A stretch of DNA of 64,000 bases from Eledone cirrhosa (lineage: Eukaryota), in NCBI GenBank assembly GCA_964016885.1, contig OZ024741.1, positions 301,878,001 through 301,942,000 on the forward strand, read 5' to 3'. A program made the position numbers and the translations under genes. Under the pieces are notes generated by a model. It was not told the origin of the DNA. It saw nothing but the letters and a program-made list of their open reading frames with translations, and ran no database searches. This document shows positions 31,245 to 45,729 of the stretch, piece after piece (within the stretch, counting starts at the first letter, position 1; each line of letters starts with the position of its first letter).

Positions 31245-31854
31245 GTTTACATTCACTTAATTTTCCTCCTACCCTTCCCCGCACTCACACGTTTCTCATA
31301 ACTTAATCCGTTTCTCTATTTCTCTGTCTATCACAATCTTATCGTTTTACACTGCATAGTAAATCCCTACGCTTTACTTCGTTTGGATCGATTGTCTGCG
31401 TAGAGAACACTGTAATGTATTATCATATACGCTTTGCAGAACCTGCTATTTTCGTTATCAATCTTGACAAACAGAACATAAAAATAAACATGGGGGGAAA
31501 ATAAAATAAATTAAAACAAAGCAAAATATTATTCATATATAAAAAAAATTATAAACGCTAAAAAAGAAATAAGGTAATTGATTTATAAACGCTAAAAAAG
31601 AAATAAGGTAATTGATTCATGTTGCATCAATTTCTACAATATCCCCCGGTCCCATCACCATTACTAAAAGTAACGCCAAAGTCTGTAACATGGCCAGCAC
31701 TAATAGCACCACCAGAATTCATTAGAACGTCGGTAATGGATAATAATCGGAAAGGGATTCTATGGTTGTAATCCATTTTGTCTTGATTCTGGTGTGGCCA
31801 ACAGCGAGTATCGTATAATTCTGACCCATATATATATATATATATTGTGTGTGT

Positions 31855-31936
<82 letters not shown>

Positions 31937-32559
31937 GCGTGTGCGTGTGCGTGTGCGTGTGTGTGCGTGTGCGTGTGCGTGTGTGTGTGTGCGTGTGTGA
32001 AAGGTAAACAGTAATAACAAAAATATATATATTGAATGTATTATATCGAAACTTTGTATCTCTAAGTCACCTAGACCAATATTCAAAATATCACCAGACA
32101 ACGCTAGCAAATAGCTTTTAGCATTACCAAACACTCACATATTTTTAGCTTTCACAAAGCGCATCTTTATATGTATAAAAACATCCAGCCATCGTATCTA
32201 TAATTGAACAACACCATCTCCTACGGTTACAATCTGTACAGTGTTAATCTTTAAAACAATTTATTTATTGACGAAAATCAGTATGCAATAATGAACGTAT
32301 TTGAAATAAGGATTAAAATAATAAATAACGGAACGATTAAAAAAAGAGCAAGAGAAATAAAGAGAGTAATTAAATAATTAGAAAGGAGGAAAGTGTAAGG
32401 AATGGACAAATTCTACCTGGTTCGTTGGACGGTACGTCTCAGCTGCGCGCCACAGACAATATGACAAAATCATTGCAGTTGATAACAATCAACTACACAC
32501 TGTGCATCAACCATTACACCTCACGGAATACGTTCCTAAGGGGAGATGCACTCTTCTTG

Positions 32560-32645
32560 ATTTTGCGGAAGTCTCGACAGCAGCCGGCACGAAACTGAAG
32601 CGGTCGGTCAAATCCCAGTATTTGTTTATCTTCTGCTCCTCAACT
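32560..32645 (-). mobile_element. Possible small remnant of an RLE endonuclease C-terminus (CRE/R2-type)
   Basis: Manual translation EQKINKYWDLTDRFSFVPAAVETS matches a K..KY.DL...FVP.A.ET pattern. Confidence 0.45.
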
Positions 32646-33659
32646 TTATTTATTTCTACGACCATTTCGATTTATCGAAATGCAATTGTAAACATCTGTA
32701 ACTATTTGCAGATTAATTAATTAATTAATTAAATCAACAAACATGGCAATTACATTTCATAATTCTATTCAGGAAAGGAATTTTAGATTTTGGAATAAAT
32801 GCCCTAATTACCAGGTAGGCGTGTAATGATAAGCAAATTACAGACATAAAGCGAATGTGAGAGATAAATAAGCAAGGCAGTGAAGAGTATTAATTTTTAG
32901 CATTATGCAACGTGATTTAAGAAACAAAGAAGTCTAATGTGTAGAGGATATAAGTCCACATGCTGTAATTACTGTTCATATATCCAAATACAAGGCTTCC
33001 TCCTAAAATCGGAATGTCAGCAGTCCGTCTGCGGAAGGAGCTTCTCGAGGTGGAGTAGCTATTGCAGCGGGTGTTGCTGGCTATTGTTCACTACAATGCC
33101 TTGACATTTTGACCGCGTGGCGCAGCCGAAACATCAGTCTGATTTAGGTGTAGAGTCTGTTACCTTCTCCCCTCTCCCTTTCTTCGCTTAATAATCCTTG
33201 ACCTTCTTTTTCAATGCTACTTTTTTATCTTTGTGTTTGATTAAATATTAGATTCTTTTATTTTTATGTAATTTTATCCTTGAAACTTAAATCACGCTTA
33301 TTACTAAAACAAATACTTACAGAATGTTAACACGTTCATTTTAATGTGAAACGCATTTTTCAAATAAGGCTTTAAAGCGGTATTAGACTATGCACCGTTT
33401 ATGGTGGTGCACGTTATCATATATATATATATTTATTACTAAAACTCTGTGATTGTGTGCTTGTCTGTAATTTGATACAGCCAAAACGGCGCATAACGGG
33501 AAATTACTTTGAAAGGAAGTTGCCCCTGAAATGGGAATACAAATGGAATAAAACAAGTTTTGCGTAAATCGGAGCACGGGTTCCCGAGATACAGGGGTTT
33601 TCCGGGTACCTTCATGAATAGAGAGAGAGAGAAAGAGATAGTAATTGAGATAGTAGATT

Positions 33660-33801
<142 letters not shown>

Positions 33802-33989
33802 GGTTGTTGAATGAAATTATAACAGGTGACTTCAAAGAATCGAATACAACATTACTGTATCTAACTCGAATTTGCTGACTGAATATTTAGTCATATGTAT
33901 CATGGAACATGTGTTAAGACAGAATGGGTGTAGCGAATATTTCCTGCTAAATAGGATGGGTTTCTAAGTGTGTGTATATGTGTGTGTGT

Positions 33990-34066
<77 letters not shown>

Positions 34067-34179
34067 CGTGTGTGTGTCTGTGACCAGTGTATATAGGTCA
34101 CATACACCCACACATATATATATATACATACACCCACACATATATATATATATACACACTGTGTGTGTATATATATATA

Positions 34180-34331
34180 CATGCTTTCCAGCATAGTTAC
34201 ATCCCTTTACGGTCTGAGTTCAAATCCCGTCGAGGTTTACTTTACCTTTCATCCGCACCGGGTCGATAAAATAAAGTACCAGTAATGAACTGGGTAATTT
34301 CTGGCCTTGTGCCAAAAGTAGAAACAATTAT
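34180..34331 (+). mobile_element. SINE S1, 5'-truncated
   Basis: B box, core, tail. Confidence 0.88.
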
Positions 34332-34408
34332 ATACATGTCTGCGTATATTTTAATTATTTAAAAATTATTTTTAAGTGAACATGATTTTCTTTTTATATT
34401 TTAAGTGA

Positions 34409-34438
34409 ACGGGACCCAACGGGTCACGGGTGGTCTAG
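34409..34438 (+). mobile_element. Helitron-like 3' terminus
   Basis: GC hairpin CGGGACCC-aac-GGGTCACG followed shortly by CTAG|T; no 5' end identified. Confidence 0.5.
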
Positions 34439-36463
34439 TATATAATACATTTCAATGGATAGGATTTGATCATGAGAGGTAGGGAAATATCTGTTGAAGC
34501 ATTTCTTCATTCAGAACTGGAAATGGGCTAGAAAATGTGTAAGACATGCTGTACTTTAACATTTTCATAAATGTTGGCTCTTTCTGCAGGATTTCTCAGG
34601 AAATGCTTTGGAATGCTTTTTTATCTGTCACCAGTAATTAATATAGAAGTCAAGAGTACAGTGCTACCTTCTAAGTGTCGTTGCCTTGTTGTAGTGTGAA
34701 AGGTGAGAGCGAGGCTAAGGTACTGGAATAACTAAGCACCCTCGCAGACATCACCTGATACTTTGGTAAGGCAAGCCGCCAACGATGACAAGAATTTTGT
34801 TGTCAGCAGCCCAGCTCCCATACACATTATGCCGTTGACATGGTTCTGTACTTCAGCAATTTCATATCTGCTTTTTTATCATAAGGTCTGTTCGTAATAC
34901 ATTAAACGTTTGGTATCATGATCTGCAGCTTATCTTTGCATAGATTTCCTTGAACAACTGTTTGAATTGGTGAATTTTTAGAAATGCTTCTTAAGAAGGA
35001 ATAGAAGAATTTGCTCTTCATTGATGCAATATGGAGATCTCTTCATTATCATTGAGAAACTTACTTGTTATTTCTGAATTATTATATACTTTCATTTTAC
35101 TGACGGCATTCAGGTATTCTGTTATAGTAACTACACAACCATATTAATGTTGATGTTAGAAAACAATAATTAGGCTATTGTTAAAACGTTTCTATATGTG
35201 ATGAAGTTGAGTGGCTGGTTCAATGTGGCGTGTGTATGTTATTGACTATTGCTTGAGGATGAGATGTTCAAATATCTTTATAATAGGAACTGCACAGTTC
35301 TTTGAATGAAATACGAATCATCTAATTGCCGGTTGTTGCATTGATAATTTATCGAGTCACACAAACCTAAAATCTTAATGATGTTTTCTTTTACCTTGTG
35401 AGCCTCGCTCCAAACCAACCTTAACTGAGTAGACCTATCATCAAAAGCATTCCACTGCTGACTATTCAGTATATTTCTCTTTTTAAAAGATATATTTGAG
35501 ATGAATTTAACTCCATTTTCTAGCAGGTCGAACGACTATTCCTTCGTGTTATGTAGATACGCAAAGTGTTATATTTAGGAGAATATAAACGAGATTTTGT
35601 AATATTAATATTTCGTCGAAGTACATAAGGCTTCAGTGACTGGAAACTATTTCAACCTGATATTAAACCAAATTTTGATCTGTTTCCTGGGTATTTATGA
35701 CTTTCTTTATTGCACTTACCAAACTGGGTAATGTGTAATCATACTACAGCTTATCTTATCTTTAACGTACAAACTATATGTAAATAGAAACAACAATTGA
35801 AAGTAATGAATATATATATCATAGAGAAGTTGTAAGTTGATAAGGTAATCGTACAAACATTTTTATGTTCTTCCTTTCAGCGAAATCTGTTATAATAATA
35901 CAGTTGTATGAACATGACAAAGTAGCTTATGTTGCTTTTGATATGGAGAATAATATCTTCAAGGAAGATGATGCAGTGTAGCATGCTATATTATTTGTAT
36001 CGATTGGATCCTATGTATTCTCATGTAATTACATGGCGTGTTAACGTACTGCCACAGAAAACTTTTATTAATGTGAAATGACGCTACATTAAAATGAAAT
36101 TAAATCACAAATAAATTCTTGTATAACTTGCTGAAATGAGGCCCAAGGCTTGTAAATACATCTTATTTTTATGTAAGAAATGATCTATATGTTTTTTCGA
36201 TGTGATAAAAGCATGTAATAGATACAAAAGAAATATTGTTTATCTGATGTCGCAGTACGGTATTTTGCAGAAGTAAAACATCCTCCAGCTTTGATTATGT
36301 CACTACTACTCAGACTGAAGTCGCACTATGCCGGAATCTTGATACCCACGTATGTCTCGGTGTTACGATATTTGCTAAAGAACCACGTAGTTTTCAATGC
36401 GAGTTCCCACTGCGGCTCGTTGAGTGTCTAGTGAGTAGAATTTAATAGATAAAAATTAGGCAA

Positions 36464-36545
<82 letters not shown>

Positions 36546-36740
36546 TCTCACACAACAGCCGCCTTAATTCTGGAATACATCCCAACACGAGACAGATCTC
36601 ATAACAGCATCGAGTGCTTCGAATGGCGCACTTATAACTGTAGTTACACACCTAACTAACACACAGATATACATGTACGTATATATATATACACACACAC
36701 CTAACTAACACACCTAACTAACACACAGATATACATGTAC

Positions 36741-36835
<95 letters not shown>

Positions 36836-37079
36836 GAGGGGGGGGGAGAGAGGGAGAGAGAGAGAGAGAGATAAATGACTTGTATAAACATAAAACTATT
36901 TCATTCATAAGAAATCATTTCCTGGGGATTTGAAAATCATGGAATTGCGTAACCGGTAAAGTTACAAGTTATTGTAAATAAACCTTCTTTAAGACTCCAA
37001 ATACATTTCAACTTCTTTTTCTTATATTTTTACCCGTGTGAGAAATATTTAAAAAAACCTTACTTTCGAATATGCATAT

Positions 37080-37200
37080 AGGCGCGTGGCTGAGGGGCTA
37101 GAGAATTGGATTCGCAATCGTGAGGTTGTGATTTCGATTCCCAGACCGGGTGATGCATTACGTCCTTGAGCAAGACACTTTATTTCACGTTGCTTCTTCT
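37080..37200 (+). mobile_element. Older tRNA-derived SINE of a different family
   Basis: A box GTGGCTGAGGGG, B box TTCGATTCC, GTCCTTGAGCAAGACACTT core-like segment. Confidence 0.65.
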
Positions 37201-37354
37201 GCCTGGATTTTCGACCGATAGATAGTATTAGCAATTGGAAAGATCAATGGAAACCTTGTTTCCTCGATCCGATGTGACGAGTTCCACCCCACTCGTTAAG
37301 CGAATGACGTCTGGAATCTTGTCGGTCCACTGTCGATATATATATTTTTTTTCT

Positions 37355-37580
37355 CCTTCTTCTTTGCCCACTTATTCCTGAGAGAGTCGTGGGGTGGAGT
37401 TCTCAAACATTTCTTCCAACTGATCCGGCTGGATCCCCAAGCAAGACCAGCTGATCTCATGGGTGTTATCCAACCGTCTTGCTCGAAGTCTACCCCTGGG
37501 TGTCCTGCCGGTTGTTTTTTCCCGTAAACTCTGTCCGGCGATTCTTTCCTGTGACATTCTAACTACATGCCTATGGGCAT
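37355..37580 (-). mobile_element. RTE-clade LINE 3' end fragment
   Basis: GRTPRGRLRARRLD..ISWSCLGI resembles the RTE C-terminal GRPR.RW motif; GAA-type tail. Confidence 0.65.
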
Positions 37581-38718
37581 GTTGTTATATATATAAATAT
37601 TGTACAGCTCTAGGTACCCAATGCATCGAGTGGAAGTTAACTAAATACTGGAAAAGCTCCACAGAAGATCCGTTGCCAACTCTACAATTGACTGTTGGAA
37701 TATGCACTTACGGTTTGGCATCACTTATGCTCACAACTCTTGATATATTCATGTGGATACCATCGTGACACCCGGCGTCTCTAGGGAATCTTATAGCTAG
37801 CGGTGCCTATTTGTCTCTAGCTCACTTAGGTATATAGAGCGATTTTCTTCATAAAACATTTCCCTTTTTTTCAGATATTAATTGTCTACGTATTTCATTA
37901 TGTTTGAAACATATGCGTTGCTGATTGTAGTATCAGTAAACCTGGTTCAGTCGTTACTTTTTAAACCTATATCTAACGGTACCTTCTAGTCAATAGAATC
38001 GTTGATGTTCGCGACTTCTCCTTCTTCAATAGAGGAATATTCACAAGTAATACTATTCCATTGATTAGGAAACTTCTTTTAACCAGATTGCAAGTTACAG
38101 CTTCTAAAAATATGATTTTCCGCTCCACTGATTTCTTTTGGTTAGGACAGATATACTTTAAGAAATACTAACGTGATAATACAATTTCTTCTATAGAAAA
38201 CCGCCTTTTTAGAATCATTCACTATTTTACATTTTGGGGAAAAGAACGAAAGCAAAAGATTCAAGATCATTGTTTTCGCCTCTAAGAATTTGACAGTTAT
38301 AAGATTACGAAAGAATTTGTTGGACAATTTTTGATTTATTCGTCTTGACTCCAAATAACCGTTATTCAACATTGTGCTTTTCTGTATGTTAACGATTTCG
38401 ACTATAACGTTTCATAAAATGTTGACTGATACTTCACTTCTTCTTCACTAGTTTCTTTTTTTTCTGTATTATTGTTATCTATGAGACACCGACTAAAACA
38501 CCAAATTTTTTCTTTAATATTATATATAAAACATTTTTACTATATTCATTGTGAAGAACCGTGAGATAAAGCAGCAGTAAAATTGTAAGCCTGAACTGTT
38601 GCAGCCTTATCTAGTATACATAAATGTACGGGTGTCTGCGTACGTGTATGTGTGTGTTGGTACGTGTATGCCTGCACACACACACACACACAAACACGCA
38701 CTCACACATACATATATA

Positions 38719-38776
<58 letters not shown>

Positions 38777-40009
38777 TAATAGTATAAAGTTATAAAATTT
38801 CAGACATTTAAGACAAGTTATGAATACATAGCAAATGGTTTCTCCAAATGTTCAAAGCCCACCCTATAAAAACCAATGAAACAAAACTATAAAGTAAATA
38901 TATTTTTAATTCACAGAATTGATAAATGGGCCACAAGTTGAAAGATAGCAAAAAATAACACAATATACCAATAGATTCATATTTCACAAAAGTAGATTCT
39001 GCGTAGACATAATGATTACTCTCTGTATTGGATTTACAGGCTTCATTTCGAGCATGTCAAAGAAAAGGTACACAGAATATGGAACAAAGTTAGAGGAGAA
39101 ATAGAAAAACAAAACAAGAAAGGATTGACAATTTCAGGTCTTATAAAATTTACAAATGCGGTCGAACTTTGTCAGGGGAACCATTTAGAAATATAAACAA
39201 ACTTTTGAACACTTTATAATAGACTTCAGTATTAAGAAATAAAAGATAAAGACAAAGAGCTTTTAACTTCTGATGGATTCGAATTGTCACTGCCATGGGT
39301 ATTTTAAAATTTGTGGAGCTCAGTCTTTTCAAAGGTTTAGATATAAGCAAGCGTGATTATATTAGATTTCGTGAGTTCTTCAAAAGGTAAAAATGAATTT
39401 TCTAGGATAGAATTAATTCAGTTCCTATACCCGCGTTCAGAGCAAATCACTCTAGCCAAACAAGCATTATTTCGTTATGTGGGTAATTAATGTACAGAAT
39501 ATAGGTAACCGAGACCGTCTATATTTCTATATAAATTTATATAAATCTTTTAGTCCCAGTCCTGTCTGCACTCCCTGCATTGCACATATCACCTCTTTCG
39601 TTACCAGGATGAATTCTGTTTTTCCATCAGTTTTGTTTTTTTTTTCAAGTTTCAATTTCTTCTTATTAACAATCTTAGTTGAGCTGCATAAACAATCAGA
39701 TCTCCCGAATCTTGTAGCATCATACACCGGAAAATCATGGTTGACTGCAGTTTTGACAGTTAAAGGGAAAAGAAAGTATCGTAAGCGTTTCAGTCTCGTG
39801 CCAAAGTTTTACATTTGCAGTGTCTATCTATCTAATTCTACTCACGATGGTGCGGTCAACTCAAAGTTGACCCTATAGTAGAAGGCACATGCTATGCAAG
39901 GGGATAGATTCCAGACCTGTCAACTCTCGCCGTCGGACGGGGAGATCTCCCACCCACTTTGGGGTGGATGAGAGATGTCTTGTCTTGTGAAAATATGTTT
40001 AGCTTTCAT

Positions 40010-40436
40010 TATTGGCAGTATCGGTAGAGGGTCGGACGCCATGCTTTCCAGCATAGTTACGTCCCTTTACGATCTGAGTTCAAATCCCGCCGAGGTTGAC
40101 TTTGCCTTTCATCCTTACGGGGTCGATAAAATAAAGTACCAGTAATGCACTGGGTAATTGCTGGCCTTGTGCCTAAAGTAGAAACAATTATGTAAAATCT
40201 CCCCATTTAGAAATGTTCAAATCCCGCCGAGGTTAACTTTGCCTTTCATCCTTACGGGGTCGATAAAATAAAGTACCAGTAATGTACTGGGTAATTGCTG
40301 GCCTTGTGCCAAAAAGTAGAAACAATTATGTAAAATCTCCCCTGTGGTGAATTGGTAAGGGTGGTGAATTGGCAGTATCGGTAGAGGGTCGGACATGCTT
40401 TCCAGCATAGTTACGTCCCCTTACGATCTGAGTTCA
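40010..40436 (+). mobile_element. Three tandem SINE S1 pieces (40010-40191, 40214-40329, 40358-40436)
   Basis: Each piece is followed by TTAT(G/A)TAAAATCTCCCC. Confidence 0.9.
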
Positions 40437-41570
40437 GTTATATAAAATCTCCCCATTTTGTTTCATTTCTCCCCGTTTGGGGGTATTTTCTTTTTTCATG
40501 GTACTACCCGTTTGTGTTTTTAGAGGTTGGCAAGCCTGCCCTTCTAACATCATGTGGCTACTCTGATACTTTCTTCACCATAAACTTATGTCTGCAATCA
40601 AATATGTGGGTGTGTATTTGCTAGATAATTTGTAAGAATATGAAAACAAAAGTTGACTGTAAGCAATACACTATTTTACAATATCTTATTGAATAGTCAT
40701 TAGATAAGAACATCAAAAGCGCTTTGAAATTTCAATTATTTCTGATACGCATGCATTTATTGTTTCGAATTAAATGGTGTCATAAGTACAACTACAATGG
40801 TTAATCTTTTGTTATGTATATGTGTGTGTTGTGTGTTGTGTGTTGTGTGTGGTGTGTGTATATGTGTATGTGTTTGTATGTATGCATGCGTGTGTGTGTG
40901 AGGGGTGTATGTGTAGGTATGTGTATGAATAAAACATTAACTTTTATATTTGTACTTATGTCACCATTTAATTCGAAACAAATGATTAGAATTAATTTGA
41001 ATAAAATTGTTTTTTCAATTCATTATAGCTTTGTTGTTTAAAACATTGAACCTAAATACAATAAAGACAAAACAAGACTAGTGTGTACTCTGAAACTGAT
41101 CGTTTAATACTATTACTGAAAAACGATCGATCGATTCATTAAACGAATTTAATATCATTTTCCTATATATTCTTAATTAAGATGATATTTTTTTAAACAT
41201 TTGTTTTAAAGTTCAGCTCAAGAATCTGACAACGTCAGTAATCTTATATAGGTTTTTCTTTTCACTTTCAAGGATTTTAGTTCGAATATCGATATAACTT
41301 CTTATTTGCTTTTGTTGTAAGCATTTTTTTTTTTATCTGTTATTACTTTATTACTGTATTATTCCATCTTTTTGTTTCCCAATTTCTTTTCTGCTTCATT
41401 ATTTCACTCCGTAGCATAACTAATACCTGCTTATAATTTCATCTAATTAAGATGTCAGATAATTGCAGCATTTGTATATTTTCTTTTTTTACAGAATTGT
41501 ATGCTGATGAGATCAGTCTATGTAACTAAAGGGCGATGTTTTGTTGTCAGCCATATGTACACTATCATTT

Positions 41571-41694
<124 letters not shown>

Positions 41695-41741
41695 TGGTTA
41701 CATACGAGTATACCGCACGTTAAAGGATAATACTAAAAATA

Positions 41742-41958
41742 TTGGTTTCTAATTTAGGCACACGGCCTGCCAATTTAAGGGAAGAGAGGGGCAAATTTGA
41801 TTAAATTCACCCTATTATTTCACTGGTGCTTTATTTTATTGACCCATGGAGGATGAAAAGCAAAGTAGACTTCAGTGTGACTTGAACTCAGATTGTAAAG
41901 AGCCAGAACAAATATCGCAATGGCATTTTATCCGACGTTCAACCAATTCTGCCAATCC
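41742..41958 (-). mobile_element. Diverged SINE of the S1 superfamily (a similar relic lies at ~11060-11140)
   Basis: TTGGCAGAATTGG A box, GAGTTCAAGTC B box, TTTGCTTTTCATCCT core, GGCCGTGTGCCTAAATTAGAAAC tail. Confidence 0.75.
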
Positions 41959-42594
41959 ATCCTGGACATTTGATAGGCTCATCACACCCCACCTAAAAGA
42001 ATACGAATTCGCTATTCAGAAACAAATGCAATTAAATATGAATGAGAAAAAACATACATCTACACTTTCACATGGTGATAGAATATAATTTTATATAATA
42101 TAATGTATTATTATACAAACTCTACAATATGTAAAACTCCGGAGTCAAATTATCAAGTGATAACACAACGGTTTCTTGTTTCATTTGGCTTTAGTTTGTT
42201 ATCATATGTCTACTGTAATAAGTTACATTCGTGATCACCCGGTATGTAAAATTACGTTCTCTCATGTAACTTTACTCCATAAAAATTTTTTTTTTAATCA
42301 TTGGGTGATTTGACTGTTAATTCTAACATCATTTGAATGAGTGGAATTGAATGGACTTCCATCTTTTTCAACGATGCATGTTCCATTGTTTTGATCAACG
42401 GAACAGCCTGCACGGGAAATTGCCGTGTAAGTGACTGAGCATTCCACAAACACATATACCCATAAAATACTTCTCAGAGGAATTTGACGTGGCACAATTT
42501 GTGACGAGGCTAACCCTTTGAATTACAGATACAGTTATCTACCTAATGTGCTTCTAAACAGTTTCAATCTAACCATTTCCATTCCCTAGACATC

Positions 42595-42700
42595 GGCCGA
42601 TCGGAGACTATGGTAAATGGCACTTGCCCAAAATGTCCCGCAGTAGGATCGAACTCTGGACCTAATGATTGCGAAGCGAACTTCTTAGCCATTCACCCAT
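42595..42700 (-). mobile_element. Old tRNA-headed CORE-like SINE fragment
   Basis: Minus strand GTGAATGGCTAAG..GAGTTCGATCC..TTGGGCAAGTG. Confidence 0.55.
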
Positions 42701-45700
42701 TTTCCGGCCACTAGAAGTATTTAAGGCTACATTATATAATGTGGTTTTCCTCTGTGTAAAACTGTAAAAAGACATTTAGTGACTGGGTTATTAATTCTAA
42801 AACACCATGTGAACAAGTCTCTTATCGCCTAAAGGAGTGTTTTTCGCTTTGGTTCATAAATTTTGTTGTCGTTCTCATTGTTGCTAATGATGATAGTGTT
42901 GGTATTTTATGTGTCGAGGTTGTAAGTTATATATGTTATATTCCAAGAGAGATTGATTGACGCAAAATAAGAAAGTGTGGAATATAAATTCTTTCTCTCA
43001 AGACGTATCGCCTAAGTTTCAGTCTTGTTAGAATTGTATACGTTAACTAGTAAATCCGTGCCATGAATAATGACTGCAATAGCGTTGTACCTATTAAATG
43101 TCTGGTGTCTAGGATTGCTATGCCATATATATATATACCATGTTCACCGCATGCTTGTACAAGCATACAACTTTTGTTGATAAAGAGAAACTCCATAGTT
43201 TCTGTTGGTTATTGACACATGGGATGTTTAACGATAAGAATTATATTTTAATAACTAATTTCTGAAATATAATTATATAAATGTTCAACACATATATAAA
43301 TAACATACAGGATTAAAATAACTTAAGAGAAATAACTATTGACATGGACTCATGTAGTGTTAGAACTAATGATCTTGTGGTTACAAAGGGAACTTCTTAT
43401 TGTAACAAAGTGACTTAAATATGAAATGCATTGTGTGTATGTATTAATATAGATACATGTGTGTATGTGTGCATATACTAGCATATGTGAATTTTATAGA
43501 GTTACGGGCATAGAAATATATAAATAAATATACAAAGACACATGGCGTATTATTATGGCTGATAGGTGCAGACAATATTTTCTCTAAATATAATAATTTC
43601 AGGTAAATTAACTTCAATAATTTATAGAAGGTCTGACACCTATGTTTTCATACCACATTGTGTATTTAAACACTTTTTATCTCATGATTAGTGTATATTT
43701 ATTTTTAAATCACTACTAAAATTGAAAGTGGCATAGTTTGAGAACAACAAGTAAAATATTTATCGCTTTCATATTGGTCTCCTTGAAATTATCTCATCAA
43801 TTGTATCTTAAACGTTAATATCGTCTGCTAAAGACATCAAATAAATTATTCCTGCAGATGATGGTCCATCAGACATGAGAATATTATTTCGCATTGCAAT
43901 TATAAATTTAACGCCTCACTTGCAAATGATAGTTATCTCATATAATAATGCCTTTAATGAAAAACGTTCGTATACAAGATAATTATTATTTTCTTAATAG
44001 CAAGTCTCTTTTTATAAGTATGAACGTAGAAAGAGACTATATAACACTTAACAGAAAAGTAATGTTATTTACAAACATTATATAAAAGTTATTATATAAT
44101 GATTTTATATAAATGACACGAGTTGATCTAAAACGAAAACCTTGAAGAAGCCCAATGGTATTCCACTTTAAATATATATGTAAAGAAGAAGAGATGAGAA
44201 ATGAAGCGGAGGAAAACACTATACTATTAACTGGGCAGCATATTTCAAATACGCGCCACGGATAAAAGGGGCAGGAAGTTGTTGCCGCAGATAATAGCTA
44301 GCAATACCCGCTGCATCAGCAATTTCCCATCAGGATTCATATATATATATAATATAATTAGAATTTCATACACTTAACATGTATGCGCGACATTAGGTTT
44401 CGGGTTCGAGTTATGGCCACCACTGTATAGTGGAGCAGCCATTTCAATACTGGCCTCTCATCGGGGGCATCAGGACAAAATTATGAAAAATAACGTTAGC
44501 CCACTAAATGTGGTTTTAATACCGTAAAGAGCTTCTTTTCAAGTACAAGGGAGGCAATTCCCGAGTTCTAAATTTCTCGGGGCTAGAAACTTTGAAACGT
44601 GCGTATGTGTAATATGTGTGTGACTTCATTTATAAGCTAATCTGTGTGTATGTTTAATTTGCGTGTGACTTGAGTTGTAAGCTAATTATCTAAAATACGT
44701 AAACACTTTAAAGGAGTTCGTTACAAACGGAGATCATAGATTGTTTATCCTTGAGGAGCCAAGGGAGGTAACTCCAGATTGGAAATATTTATAAATTTCT
44801 GTGTGTAACCTAGCGAGCAAGTTATTATACAAACATTTAAGTCTCTTCTGTAGAATGGTATGTAGGAACGAAAGGTTGTATCATCTGTCTAAGAATAGTC
44901 ATTCTTGGACCTAACAGCTATTAAATTCTTGACGTAGAGACTGGAGGATATGAATGACACTGAAACCTAAGGAAAACCATAATTGATAGTGTGCGGGACA
45001 GTGAGAGCAATGTCAGCACATGCCTTTATATTGCAAACTGATGAGAAGCTATCAATCCAAGAGTTGAGAGACCGATGAAACGTGGACAGTTTTGACAGGA
45101 GATCTGCTTGTGTCACACACATTTGAAAGTTTTGCTGATATCGAGGATAACTTTGTTTTCACCAGAATATTTCTAGAGCGAAAGCCCATTAGTAAGTTGC
45201 AGAAGAGTAAGTCTCCAGTAGATCTGGCTTTAGGGACACCGTTTAAATTGTGTTTAAATAGAAAGAGATATTCAAAACGTAACTGACCATTTTAGTTATA
45301 TTCTGCATCTTACTTCACAGAAATAAGGGCTACTACAATTATCTTTTTCTAAACATAATTTTCTTATGGAGAGATAAAATTCTCTAAAAAGCGTAAAGGT
45401 AATATCTCTTGTTCCTTTGCTTTTTTGCAAAGGGAATATTAGGAAGTGTATTTCTACTTAACTCTATTCACTAAGAGGCTTCAAATGATATTTATCTTAA
45501 AGTTTCGAATATATGCTGTGTTGTTTGGTCCTGCATTGATATTTGTTATTTAATTACTTTGTCAACCTAGTTGACATCATGCAAGTTCGTTATGCAAAGT
45601 TAACTGACAGCATGCAAATTGCTGTCATGCAAATTAAACTGGCTATTTCAGCTATGTTCTACAAAATGTTTAACAAAAGAAAATCGATGATATAAAGATC

Positions 45701-45729
45701 CCTCTGTAAACAGAATCATAAGTGTCTAA

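Noticed and set aside
31549-31617. 35-bp direct tandem duplication
   Set aside because: Ordinary local slippage duplication with no further structure
38000-39878. Short ORFs (38142-38372, 39477-39878, 39527-39727) as host exons
   Set aside because: No recognisable motif or consistent splice pattern
45034-45097. CTGATGA..GAAAC hammerhead-like motif
   Set aside because: Stems I and II cannot be formed convincingly
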